Below are positions 27,035 through 42,200 of a stretch of 64,000 nucleotides of DNA, piece after piece (position 1 is the stretch's first letter; each line of letters opens with the position of its first letter). Position numbers and translations under genes: made by a program. Location: NCBI GenBank assembly GCA_048013815.1, contig CM106586.1:1736001-1800000 (forward strand). Direction: 5' to 3'. The DNA comes from Setoptus koraiensis (Eukaryota; Animalia; Arthropoda). Below the pieces are notes generated by a model that saw nothing but the letters and a program-made list of their open reading frames with translations, was not told the origin of the DNA and did not search any database.

Positions 27035-27379
27035 ATGGACACATCAGACGACCAAGTGTTGAGACTCATTCAATCAAACAAACAATCCGAAGCCATTAGG
27101 TTGGTCATCAAAAATTTCAATCATGCCAATAGAAAACATCCAAATAGAGAGCAGGCTTCTCAGCTTATGATGAGGATATTTTTGAGTGTCAAATCAAGCG
27201 AAATCGAATCAATAGTCAACTCGTTGGATTTAGATGAGATAGACGTTCTCATGAGATATATCTATCACGGATTTGAACACCCCACTGAGGGATCATCGGC
27301 TTACTTACTGACCTGGCACGACAAGGCTTGCAATAGGGGAGGGGTAGGTTCTATCGTGAGAGTACTGACAGAGCATTGA
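27035..27379 (+). CDS. ARPC5: Actin-related protein 2/3 complex subunit 5 (p16-Arc), short form of 114 aa
   Basis: DVLMRYIYHGFEHP, SSAYLLTWHDK and GGVGSIVRVLT match the ARPC5 C-terminal half. The usual N-terminal FRKxDVD segment was not found. Confidence 0.9.
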   Translation: MDTSDDQVLRLIQSNKQSEAIRLVIKNFNHANRKHPNREQASQLMMRIFLSVKSSEIESIVNSLDLDEIDVLMRYIYHGFEHPTEGSSAYLLTWHDKACNRGGVGSIVRVLTEH

Positions 27380-27525
27380 AGAAATAAAAAAAAACAACAA
27401 GGCAAAACTGGATATCACACAATTGAAACACATACAAGGTGAAAAACCACTAATAAAGAGTTAATTGGAAATTCAGGTGGTGAAAATCGAAAGTCTATCA
27501 ATTAATTTACGTCGTGAATCAATTT

Positions 27526-30159
<2,634 letters not shown>

Positions 30160-32335
30160 TTATATACCTAATGATATGTAACAATTAATGTAATAATGAT
30201 AATAATAATATTTTATTTGATTTTATCCACTGGATTTTACCAAATGTAATAAATACGATGCCAATGTTGATGGTAATGAATGTATTTTTCTCAAACAAAA
30301 ACCAGCGCACTCTACGCTATTCGTACTACCTAATGTACTGTGGGCAAGGGGTAGGCATGAGCCGCAAATTTTTGCACCGAGCCGGACACACTGCGCAGCC
30401 CGGCGCGGTGCACTGGGTACCGCTTTGCCGCCATGGCTTATGGTAGGAAAACGTATGAATTTACAAACGGAATCCTCTCTTATTTGCTTCGTGCACGCCC
30501 TATCCACGCGGCTACCCACACAACGTACTGCTGCGGTTCTAATGGTTGTTACCGCGACATTGTCAGCATTACCGCACGTCCATTAGCGTTGATCGTTGTT
30601 GGGTATTGTGCGAATACCTTGCATAGGCAGGACATGGCTTGGTTTTAGTGGAGAGGTAGAACAGGGAATAATACGAAAGATTGCCTGTTAAGAAGAAAGG
30701 TTTTCGTGGTCGTTTCGAAACGAACAAAACAAATCCAGTAAACCCTGGATCTTGTTCTAGGGTGTAACAACAAACAACTCACTAACGAACAAAAGCATCC
30801 TGTGCTGCACGTAGCACAGAACGCACGAAAGAATCGAGTGTGCTGTTCGTTGTACACTGAACCGCCATGTACAGTTCGTGCAATTCGAAAGCTTACGCAC
30901 AATCTGTGCTCGCGTAACGTCATCCGCTTACAAAGAGCTTACTTTTCGGTTTATTGCACACAGAGTGCTTCGAGACCAGCTCTGTAATGTGTGCACTTTT
31001 TCCACTATACCTCATCGCAGTTCAACATTATTCCGCCAGGGCGGCGCACTTGGATTTTTTATGCAGTTCAAGCAAAGAGCAGTTAATCTTGAGTAGTGCT
31101 TATCTGCAGGATCTCGCACAATAATATCAACAGCCGATGCGCCACCTCTCGTCGAAAAACACGTGCCCTGATACGCGAAAACGAATGCTCAATAGAATCA
31201 AAAAAAAAATAAACATTTAAACAGTTTAAACTCTGGAGAAAAAGGCCGAAATTCCCAACTTTCAGTCGCCTCTGTCCACTTTCATTCATTTCTGCTTTGG
31301 ACGGAAGTGGCTGAAAGTCCGAGTCGTTTATACGAGTTAGAACCATCGGTTTAAACTTTTTCCTTCGGAACACTACTCCTGAACAAACTACGCGCCTTAA
31401 ACATTTATCACTCATTAAGAGAAAACTATGCAAGTTAAAGCTTGAATAATCAAGCGCCTCTCCACCGGCTCCTTGGGATTAAATCAGGGTGAGATGAGTT
31501 CCATCAAGACTTAATGGAATCGACCTTAAATTGTTTCAAGTGGTTGGCTTGTGTTCATTGTGGCATATCCACCATACCATGGTATAATGAAAGTTCTTGA
31601 ATAGTCTTTGATGTTCTCTCTAGTTGTTTACATCAAAACAACAATATTGGGTACACGTTTATCTTATCGTCTCTTTAGTTGCAGTGATCAAGAGAGGCGT
31701 TATGCACTTAAAGCGATTTATAGATAAATGTGCTGTTTCTAGGACAGGGTTGTTTACGGGCTTGATTATTATTGATTCTGAGAGTTGTGAAATTTGGTCC
31801 CTGAGTCTTTGCGTATATAAGGTGTGGTTTCTAGACAAGTTGGCACACTTCTTTGTGAATGCTACCCTCCTGCGGCCAGATAATATTGTGTCATCAGTTT
31901 GTTGTTTTGTTGTCAACAGGTGAGAAATCAAAATTCTGCAGTAGTGTTCAAATATCTGTACGAATACAAATAAGTACCGATAAACAACGTGCAATCAACT
32001 AGACCGCAATTCCAGCACAATCAGCTGAGCAAAATATTTGTAACATGGTCGGATGTAATGAATGGCGTGGTCGCAAATATAAAGGTGTAGTAATCAGGTC
32101 AAAACAAACCATTCGTATTACTGTTTAAATGTTGGACTTGTCTCATTAATATTTTTTGTGTGTGTCATCTTCACCTATCGATACAACAAATCCCGTATTA
32201 CCGATCAACAACACAGCCCCTGCATCTATACTATTCAGGAATATTTTGTTGATTATCGTTGTTACAGTTATTACTCAAACAATAGTCAGTCCATCAAGTT
32301 CGGCATTAGCTAGAAAACCGTCGAGAAAAACAACA

Positions 32336-32887
32336 ATGAAGCAAAAGTTAGTTCAAGAGGCAATCGTTCCAGATGTTATTGACGAAATTCCCGAGTCGCC
32401 TAATGTCACTATTCAGTACCCCGGTGGAGTTTCAGTAACGTATGGCAATGAATTAACTCCAACTCAGGTTAAAGATGTGCCCACTGTTGATTGGTCAGCC
32501 AAAGATGACGAACTCTACATGGTAGCCATGGTGGATCCAGATGCTCCAAGTCGTAAGGAGCCCAAGTTCAGACATTGGCTACATTGGCTTGTGGTTAATG
32601 TTCCAGGAAAGGATTTGACCAAGGGCGAGACAATAGCCGAATACGTAGGTTCGGGTCCTCCCGAAGGAACTGGACTCCATCGCTACGTATTTCTAGTCTA
32701 TGCCCAAAAAGATCACCGCATACAAACCAGTCTAAAATTAACCAATACTTCAGCGGCAGGTCGAGGCAACTTTTCGATAAGAGAGTTTGCCGGGCAGCAC
32801 CATTCGAAACCGGTGGCAGCTAATTTCTACCAGGCGAAATATGATGATTATGTACCGACACTGTACAAACAATTGCGAGCTGTTTGA
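32336..32887 (+). CDS. Phosphatidylethanolamine-binding protein (PEBP/RKIP/OV-16-like), 183 aa from ATG 32336, possibly longer at the 5' end
   Basis: IVPDVID, YGNELTPTQVK, MVDPDAPSR, HWLVVN, YVGSGPP.GTGLHRYVFLVY, ANFYQAKYDDYVP. An in-frame hydrophobic segment lies upstream of the ATG. Confidence 0.93.
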   Translation: MKQKLVQEAIVPDVIDEIPESPNVTIQYPGGVSVTYGNELTPTQVKDVPTVDWSAKDDELYMVAMVDPDAPSRKEPKFRHWLHWLVVNVPGKDLTKGETIAEYVGSGPPEGTGLHRYVFLVYAQKDHRIQTSLKLTNTSAAGRGNFSIREFAGQHHSKPVAANFYQAKYDDYVPTLYKQLRAV

Positions 32888-33031
32888 AAACAACTAAACA
32901 AGCGATACATACAAATGTAGACGGAACAAAGAATAAGAAAAGAGTCCTTTTTCGTTTCATCAGCGGAACAATAATATTATCAATCAACATTTATGGCAAA
33001 ACATATAGCAATGGCATACAATTCCGCATCA

Positions 33032-34300
33032 TCAGTTACCATTGTCGTCTGGCGCCTCTTTCTCTGGGGGACGTATGAATTCTCTGCTTGATGTATTCCT
33101 GAAAGCCTCCAGTTCAGTCTTATAAAAGTTTGCTGTCAAAATGTATGCCTTTGTCGTTGTTTCTGACACTATTTCAATCAGTGGATCGTGCTTGAAATGA
33201 TGATCTAAGTCTCTTGTCTCAAATACGGGTTTACTGCTGAACTCGAAGGCTCTCTCTGTATTTGGATCTATCGTAGGGTATTATTTTTTTTTTTTTTAGT
33301 TGTGAACAGGAAGAAAGGGGTAAAAAAACGTTGGTTGTTGTGCAAAGTATAAAGTATTTGAGAGACTAGACTAGATCAGAAAATATCCCAATTCGATTTA
33401 TACCTAAATTAACAACGCCCTTGATAGAGGACACGAAGTAATGTTCATCATCTTTGTTGAAGGTGAACGTCAGCTTACCACAGACAAACTCTATGGTAAG
33501 TTCCGGTTTATTAGCCAGCGATATTTGGCCTGTTTGTTTGCTGAGCTCATCGTTTTCCTCAACGTTTTTTGTTGCCGATGACTTCTTGTTCTTGTCCGAA
33601 GAGGGCTCGTAGCAATTATCATCAACGCTAACCACAGAATCTAGCGGTAAATATCCCAATAGTATCAGGTCATTTTTGTTATTGCCGTCTCTACCACTAA
33701 ATGGATCATCTTTGTTGTAATGTTCTAGTAGTGCCTCCACTTTGATAGCCAACGAAAATCTGGCCTTTATACAAACTAGACTGGATGTGGCACTTCTAAC
33801 GACAACATCATTTACACTTAAATCATTTACACCAATGTCTTTTAGTATGATACATTCTGGTCTGGGAGCTTTACCATTTTCACCTGGTGAAGCTTTAGCT
33901 AATAGCTTTTCATATAAATTGTTGTGATTGTTGGTGGTTGGGTCCCCCTCTGATTGACAGTGTAATATTGACCTAGAAATTAGAAAGTTGACTGCAAGAG
34001 TGAGTGGTGTTTAGACGAGATTGATAGTGATTCTCTCTTGTTTCAAGATTTGTGTTCAATTGATCGTTTGAGGTTACATGCAGCAAGCAATTGCGACAAC
34101 TTACCTAGTATTATTGTATTATAGACGATGATTTCTATGTTTAAATGACAAGACAACAATATGTTTGGATTAATATTATGATAATTATTGCTTTACTTAT
34201 GCAAGAGATAGACGAAATTAACACAAGATTGATCAGTTCAAAAACAAAACTCAACCCACTCACTGTTGATCTGATGGACACTCATTTTGCGACAAGCCAT
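33032..34300 (-). CDS. LAMP-family (lysosome-associated membrane glycoprotein) luminal-domain protein. complement(join(33032..33267,33404..33991,34105..34134,34264..34300)), 296 aa
   Basis: Three phase-1 GT-AG introns (129, 113 and 136 nt) give a signal peptide (...KIIVYNTIILVNFLISRSILHC/QSE) followed by a LAMP-like pattern: CIKARFSLAIKV...VDDNCY...LTIEFVCGKLTFTFNKDDEHYFVSSIKGVVNL...ELEAFRNTS. The ORF track shows only part of exon 3. Family call is from recalled motif pattern. Confidence 0.6.
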
Positions 34301-36128
34301 AGTGATATGTATTGTAGTAGGTGGATCTTGATAGATGGAGATTATGTTTTGTGAAAACAATAAAACATTTAAATCTGGATAATTTCATGTATATCTATTG
34401 GTATCTCGGTTGTTGTTGTTGTGAGACGATCAAATGATTTCAGTCTGATAAACTATGAGTTGTTATTTGGTGAGCGATGAGCGATATTCTTTCACCACTA
34501 TTATTATTTTATTAATAGTATTCAACATGGATGTAGAGATCTCCTGATTGATTCATTCTTTGAATGCTCCAAGCAACAAAAAACTAATCGCGTTATGGCA
34601 TTATCATAGAGCCAGATTCATAAATGACAACGAAAATCTACGCAAATCAATGGAAGAAAGAAGTTGATTTGAGAAATAGACTATTGTTGCGATAACAACA
34701 GGTTGCTATTTGAACGTTAAGCTCCAATTCGCAAAAGGACTTTGTGTGACATCATTGCATGCGAAAAATCTGGTAGTAAAAACCAATCACAAGTTGAGTG
34801 ATAATTAATCACCTCGAGCTCCATTTACAATATATATACCAACTCACATCAAGCGATTTATCAGCATGCTACATATTATATATTTATAAATATATGTAGT
34901 ATAGCATATAAATAAATAAAAAATTATCACTGCTCCATTATTTGGTGATTATATATCTAGGCAAGGGAATTCGCGAATGAACATAGTTTTTGATCTTGAT
35001 CAGATATGGTGGGAGGTCATATTGAACAACTTCAGCATATATAGTTTGGCCACATCTATCTCACCAGGGTAAACATAGATAATAGATAGTATTATAATTG
35101 GTTATGATATGTAATAGTGCACAGGCGGTGGTAGGTGTTTCATCATTTTTTACTGGAAAAAAAAGAAGCTGAAACAAAACGTAGAGCACACGAATATGAA
35201 ACTATTTATCAGCTCGATTACCAACAGTGACGTAGTATCCTCCTTCATTATTGCGGTGTTTTTGCTGTTGTTGTTGTTGCAAATACATTGTATATATTTA
35301 TGTCCATTTAGCATTTGTCAAATGTTAATTGTTCGTCGGGCTAATACCAGCTTATCACTATTAATTGTTCGGGATTGACGTTCATAATTGACATTTGATT
35401 TTCGAAGTTTCGACACTAGACCCGCGAAAGAAACCGAATAAAAGTTTCATGCGGATATCTGTGTATGAGGGAGGTCGATAGATGAATTCTGAATTCTCGT
35501 TCAGATTACTAAACCGACACAAGAAAACAAGTAGACAGCGCTCTGGATGAAATGCATTCATTGTGAGTTTTCTCTCCACGTTCTACTTGTATTACATTTG
35601 ATTTTTTATTAATTTATTGATATTCGTTCTATTCTCAGTCGATTGATCAAGCGGACAACAATCCGCAGAGTTTATTCAATAACACTCAGTGTACAATATA
35701 TGGTGGCGTAATTGATTATTATCACTCTACTCTCGAATGAAATTATTTTTGTCCTACTAACATTGGTTATGTTTGCGATGTCATAATAATTGTGCATAAA
35801 AAATGTATATTCTTTTTATTTACATATTATTATTAATATTATTATCATAAAAATTACTATAATACTTCAATCTATCACGAGGGCTACGATAATAAAAAAG
35901 AAAGGACAAGCCACACAAACAGGATTGGTTGAGATTTCATTTTGATGAGAGATGATTTGGTTTATCTTTGGTCAAACATATTCTTAATTGTTATTGTTTT
36001 GCTTTGTTTCGCTTGTAAAAAGTTTCTCGTTCATGCTCTTCCGGTTCATTGACAATCGAAACAAAACATAGGTTCGTCACTTTATATCTGTACATGTATT
36101 TAAGTTGGTTTAGTCGAGAGTGTAGCCT

Positions 36129-37758
36129 TTAGTCCAGGTTTTCAACAATCCAGTCTACAGTGTGCGACACGCGATGATAAATACCTAGAAAATGTGATCA
36201 TTTTGTGAGTCATGTTCGCAAAGTGTATATGTACAAAAGCATTAGATGACAGGGCAAGATGGAAATATTATCAAGATGGCGAGATTAGTTTTCAACAGCA
36301 CGTTAGTTTTAGTTACCTGGCTGACGGCTCTGGGCACAACCAAATCCAGCCGAAGTAATACCGGCCAGCGTCCAACGATGAGCCCCATTCGGTCCGACGG
36401 GTATCTTCACCACAAGAGGTCCGCCCGAGTCGCCTACACAAGCGTCTTTGAGGCCGTCCTCGTAGCCGGCGCACATCATTTCGGGAAAAATTTTCAGATC
36501 AATGCCTCGCGTTCTATGCCACCTCTCGCATTCGCCATTTTCAATGATGGGCACATCAACCTTTTGCAACAATCTTGTTCCATATCTGTTACTCAACGAT
36601 GGATCTGTCTTACCAAAGCCGGTCACTGTGCCTATCATGCTCTCAAATTTGAAATCTAACGGTGGCAAACAAACTGGCAACACATTATCTGTATATTTAA
36701 CGGGCTTGTCCAATTTCAATATGGCTATGTCGTATCTATCGGGATGCGAGGCAGAAAACCTGAAGCTGGGATGCAGTTTCACCTTGTTCACCTTGAAGTA
36801 TTGCGGCGGCAACTCTTGGTACTGTTCGTCCTCGATGTCGTAGGCGCCAATAACGATTTGTAATTTGCTCACGGGGGCCCGTGAAATGAAACTGCGATAT
36901 ATTGATTCGCATGGAAAAGAATAGCAATTGAGTTAGCATAATGGATGATTCAATGGATAATTATTTTTATGGATAGTGCTCAATACAAAGCCAACACAAG
37001 TTTGATTAGATATTTGTGTAATAGTTTGTGTGCGACTCACTGGTATACACAATGGGCCGCAGTCACAATGGACTGTCTGTCGACCAGGGCGCCGCCACAT
37101 TGATGCTTGGCAATCTTTATGTGAACTTGGTAAGGGAATTCACCGAAACGTGCGCCCTCTCCGCCGATTATTCTCCTCTGGGGCGTCTGGATGGTCCTGC
37201 CGCAAACTGTAAACAAGCGTGAGACGGATTAAAACGAGTTGATTAGCGACCAGATTTGTTACTGTTTTTGCACTGCACCCAAATGCCCATTCATGGGACA
37301 CTTTTGGTCATGATGCGACTCAAATACGACATGTTACACGTACCCTCTTCCCTGCGCTGATTGTACTGGTTGTATTTGGCGAGACTGTTGGGCTCCGCGA
37401 ACGACGACGACGATTTGTGCAGGTTCGAGATGAGATTTGCCGATGAGGCCGACAATGGCAACGGTATGACGGGCGAAGAGGTTGTTTGGAGCGAGCCGGC
37501 GCCCGATTTCAGATGACCGTTCGCGGTACCAGCGCCGCCTACGCCTGCGCCCGAAGAGGCGCCCATTGGCGATATTAGCGACGTGGGCCGGAATCGCATT
37601 AGGTATTGCGAGGCGGCCCCGAACACGTCCAACACCGTGGACAACGACGACGAGACAGCGGCAGCGGCCGCCGCCGAGGCGCTCTGATGATGATTTTTGT
37701 CCTGGTTGACACTTTGTGGCGATTGGCCGTTGCCTTGTTGATTGTTGCCATTGTGACT

Positions 37759-37791
<33 letters not shown>

Positions 37792-39205
37792 ACTGTTGGT
37801 AGCTGTCAAATGTTGCTGCTGTTGTTTGCCTAAAGAAGTTTTGCCATTTAAGGAGTTGTGATGCTGCTGTTGCTGATGATTCACGGCTTGTTGCATCAGG
37901 TTGTTGCCGGATTGTTGTTGCTGCTGTGGTTGTTGTTGGCCAGCAGTTGCTGTTTGAGACGTGGGTGACAAAATGATTGACTGAGTAATCTGTGTCGGTT
38001 GTTGCTGATTTAATGCTGAAGATTGCTGCTGCTGCTGCTGTTGACTGCCCTCAGAAATCAGCTTGAGCTGCTGCTGCTGGCCTGAAATGGGCACGCTAGT
38101 GGAGCCAGCCGAGCCAGTTGAGCCAGTCGAGCCAACGGAGCTAGTTGAGCCCACTAGCGGCGAGTGAGGAGATGAGGGGAAATGTATCAAATTGTTGTTG
38201 TTGTTGTTGTTGTGCTGATGATGGTCGGCTGACGACGACACCTGTATAGCGTTTGTTTGCGGCTGTTGTTGTTGTTGCTGTTGTTGGACAGCGTTGTTGT
38301 TGGCCGATCTCGCCTGTTGACCTCCTGCGTCGTGTTGAAATTGCAACAACTGCTGGTCGTATTCATGGCCGTGTTGTTTGCTGTTGCTCGTTTGTTTGTG
38401 CTGCTGCTGCTGACCGTTATGCAAATGCGTTTTAGACTGCTGCTGCTGTTGCTGAATGACTGTGTGGCCAGACGCAACAGGTAGTAGCAGCTGCTGGGGC
38501 ACCGACTTGAAGTTTAATTGCGACTGCAATTGAGAGTCTTGTTGCAAATGTTGTCCGCTTGGCTGCTGCTGATTGGCCGTTTGAGTGGTGGTCACAATCT
38601 GATAATAGAGGCTATCGTCTTGGCGCAATTGATGCCGATTAGAGGTTGGCGAGACGACGTGAATGAGTTGTTGTTGATTGGCTGTTGTTGTCGGGCTGGC
38701 AACATTAGAGCTGGCACTAATCATTTGAGTGTTTGCAGTATCAAATAATAAATTAGATGCATGTGTGCCATTGCCAAACGGGATGGCCGCTAATGAAGAC
38801 AACGACGGCGATGATGCAAACGAAAGTACAGGTGGCGTTTGATTAGTTTGCAATTTGTTTATTAGGCTATTAGCGGCACTTGATGCGCCGGAGCTTATTG
38901 CTGGTGTTGTTGTTGTTGCTGTTGTTGCCGTTGCTGGCAAGCCGATACCGTTGGCTCTATTACTGTAAGTGATCAGCTGGTCGTTATCGTTCTTGTTGCT
39001 AAAACCGTTATTATTATTGTTGTTGTTGTTGTTGTTGTTGTTATTACTGTTTGTTGTTGCATAACTGTTTGTTGGCATGAAAATGTTTGACGCAGAAAGG
39101 TTATTAGCTGTGTCTTGAACTAAATGACTGACCGGCTGACTTATGCTGTTCAAATAGTAATCTTGCTGCTGTTCCATTTGGTATTTGTTGTTGTGCTGAT
39201 TAGCC

Positions 39206-39237
<32 letters not shown>

Positions 39238-42200
39238 GCTAAAGATGAACGATGAACTTGATGCCAACGAGACTGGCTCCAACGAGTTGCCATTTGATAA
39301 CGACGGATAAGCGGCCGTTAAATTGAGAGATCTCTGACGAGCCACCTTGTAGCCGACACTGGCTGACATTGGTTGCAACACCTGTTGATGTTGTTGATGT
39401 TGTTGATGTTGCTGATGTTGTTGCTGCTGTTGTTGTTGTTGCTGTTGTTGATGCTGCTGCTGATGATGATGAAATCTCTTGGTGGTGCCAACTATCTGCT
39501 TGCTGCCAACAACCAACGATGGCTGTTGCGCCATTAATGAGGCCGTCGGATAGTCTGTCATGATTGGCGCGCTCGCATGATCCGCTCTAGTGGTCAAGTC
39601 CACATACTGATGATGGCTGGTCGCCGGTGCGATATTATCTCGTCTGTTGTGGCTCGAAAACAGCAAATGATGCTGAGGTTGCTGCTGATGCTGCTGGTAT
39701 CTGTGCTGGTGCACACTGTGACCTGGCCAGACGGGCATATGATGCTGGTGTTTGTCGGTGGTTGTGTGGTTGGTGTTGTGATTGAGGTTGAGATTGAGAT
39801 TGGACAAGAAACGCAAATCGTTTGCCACCCAGCCACTCTGCTGGCTGCCATCAATCTGTTCATGTTGCTTGCCATTGATTAGCTGCTGATAATTAGGCTG
39901 GTAATTAGGCTGATTAGTGGGCTTGTTGTTGTTGATGTTGTTGTTGTTGCTGTTGGATGGCGCTACTGCCAGGCTTGTCGACGTTGGCAACAGCATTGAA
40001 TTTGCGCCAACTATGTTGTTGAACAGCACAGATTGATGTGAGTTAACGAGATTATTGTTGTTATAATCGTCAACCAGTAAGCCACCGTTAGAGCGATCTT
40101 CGCGCAACAAACTCAATTGCGTCTCTGAGGCGGCCACCGCTGGACTGACGTTGTTGCTGCTATGCGTGGACTGTTGCTTCGAAGGATGGCGCTGTTGTAG
40201 TTGTTGCAACTTGTAATGCGATTGCGGTGATTTCACCATAACACTTTGACCACTGTTCATTTGATTTGTGTATTGGCTAGCACTTCCGGCTAGCATCATA
40301 AAACGATCATTGGATAATCTGTTGTGATGCTGACTGATGCCGCTGTTAGGGTAATTGGCGGGTATTAAAGATGCCGGCGATCTCATCTCTACCTGGTCAA
40401 CAATAAGCTGTTGTTGTGGTTGATTATCAACCGTTGGACTAGTTATGGTGGGCCTCAGAAGTGACGCCGACGGCACCGGATAAGCCGACGACTGTTGCGA
40501 GTGGCCGGCGGAAACCGTCAATGGCGTTGAGAACATCATCAGTCTACTACTGCTGCTGCTGCTGTTGTTGTTGTTGTTGTTGTGCGATAGAGCAAGAGAG
40601 GACAATCTCGGCGACAGTCTCATGCTACTCTGATGCAACAACACAGAACGACCAGATTTGCTAGCGATGGGGCCAGATGCGTCGGCCTGCTGTGCGATTG
40701 GCATGGACGCCGACGGTGACAAGTGATCAGCGGTCACTTGGCTGTCCCACAGTTGCTGTTGGTTGTCGTGTTTGTTGGCGGCTTCGCTCGATTGCGAGGG
40801 CGCCTTAATGAGGTCAGAAAAGAAACTGTTTGAGTTTGAGCTGGAAGTTGCTGTCGGTGCGGCCAAATTAGCGGATTCGGGGCCGCTGTGGGTGCTGTTT
40901 GCGGGTACCAGCGCAACGGACGATTTCAGTACTAGCTGGCTCAATTGATGATAATTGTCCAAAGCGGCCATTCTGCTTCTGCTGCTGTCGCCACTTGGGT
41001 ATATGTAACAGCAAGTCTGATGATTAATTTGGTTGTCGTTTGTTATGGTTGTTCTTTTGCGATGCGATTGGCTCACACTGGCATTGCTGGTGTGGGCATT
41101 AGGATGCGAGGCATGCGGATCTAGACAACCTTCGACGGGCACACCAGAGGCCAGATAACATAGCAGATTGAAGGCGCAAGCCGGCTGAGATCTATGGTAG
41201 GAGCACGATTCTGGATGCTTGATCACCAATCTATTTGAAGCTGTGGGAAAGTCTTGGGTAGAGCTGTTTGTTTTGCTGGCATCAGTTGTGGTTGTTGTCG
41301 ATTGTGGTGGATTGGTTGTAGTTTGTACAGGAGCTTTGGTGGTGCTAATAGTGGTGGTGTTGCTGCTGGTGGTGGTTGTTGTTGTTGCCGGCAACTGATC
41401 GGTGTCTTGGGCCGAGTCTTGAGTCGATGACGAGGGCTTCTCGCTGGGCCTCACTCGCTTGTTTTTAGCTGCTGTCGAGCGTTGCTGTTGCCCGAATGCT
41501 GGCTGCAGAAGCAGATAATTGCCGCTGGCGCCCGCCGATGACACAGGTAGCGTTGCCTCTAAATAGTCGCTAGAGTTGTCCAAAATCAAATTGTCTGGCA
41601 GTGCAGTGTGTGCCCCATTAGTTGCTGCGCTCTGGCTGTTTGATTGATCTGACATGTCCAGTGCGGTCCACAAGGCGTTCGAGGTGCTAGGCTGGGCTGA
41701 ATAAATAGAATTGCCTTGGAAGGGCGATTGTTCGTCGGGCCCAGTGGCTTCTGCCACCGAATTTGCAGTCAAGAATCTATTGAAGGCCAATTGTAGATCT
41801 TGCGCAACGGCAGCTTCTTTTTGCTGATGTTGCTTGGCCGCACTGATTAAACTGGCTGCCGGATTGAGCCAGAAATGGGACAATTTATTAGCGGCGGACA
41901 ACTTGTTGCCACCGGCAACCGTTGTTGACTGCAACGAATTTATCATTGACCTAAACGGTGATTTATGAAAATGAAGCTGACTACCTACTAAACTGGTGCC
42001 ACCCATAAGCGAGCCACCGGCCAGCGCTGGTGATGTCAGCGAGGCGTCCACTAGCGGGCTCCAGTGAAATTTATTATTAAATAGTGATTGGTCCAAGGTC
42101 ACACAATAGATTAACAGTGCAATAATCACATTTATTATGAGCCTGGGGCTGACTAGTTGATGGGCTGCTGCTAAAGTGGCTAGTTTTGCTCGTTGTTTAT

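Noticed and set aside
30330-30680. GC-richer block resembling a structured ncRNA (gcccggcgcggtg, as at the SRP RNA 5' end; aatttttg, Sm-site-like)
   Set aside because: The similarity does not extend beyond a few bases. It is more likely the FAM193A promoter or leader.
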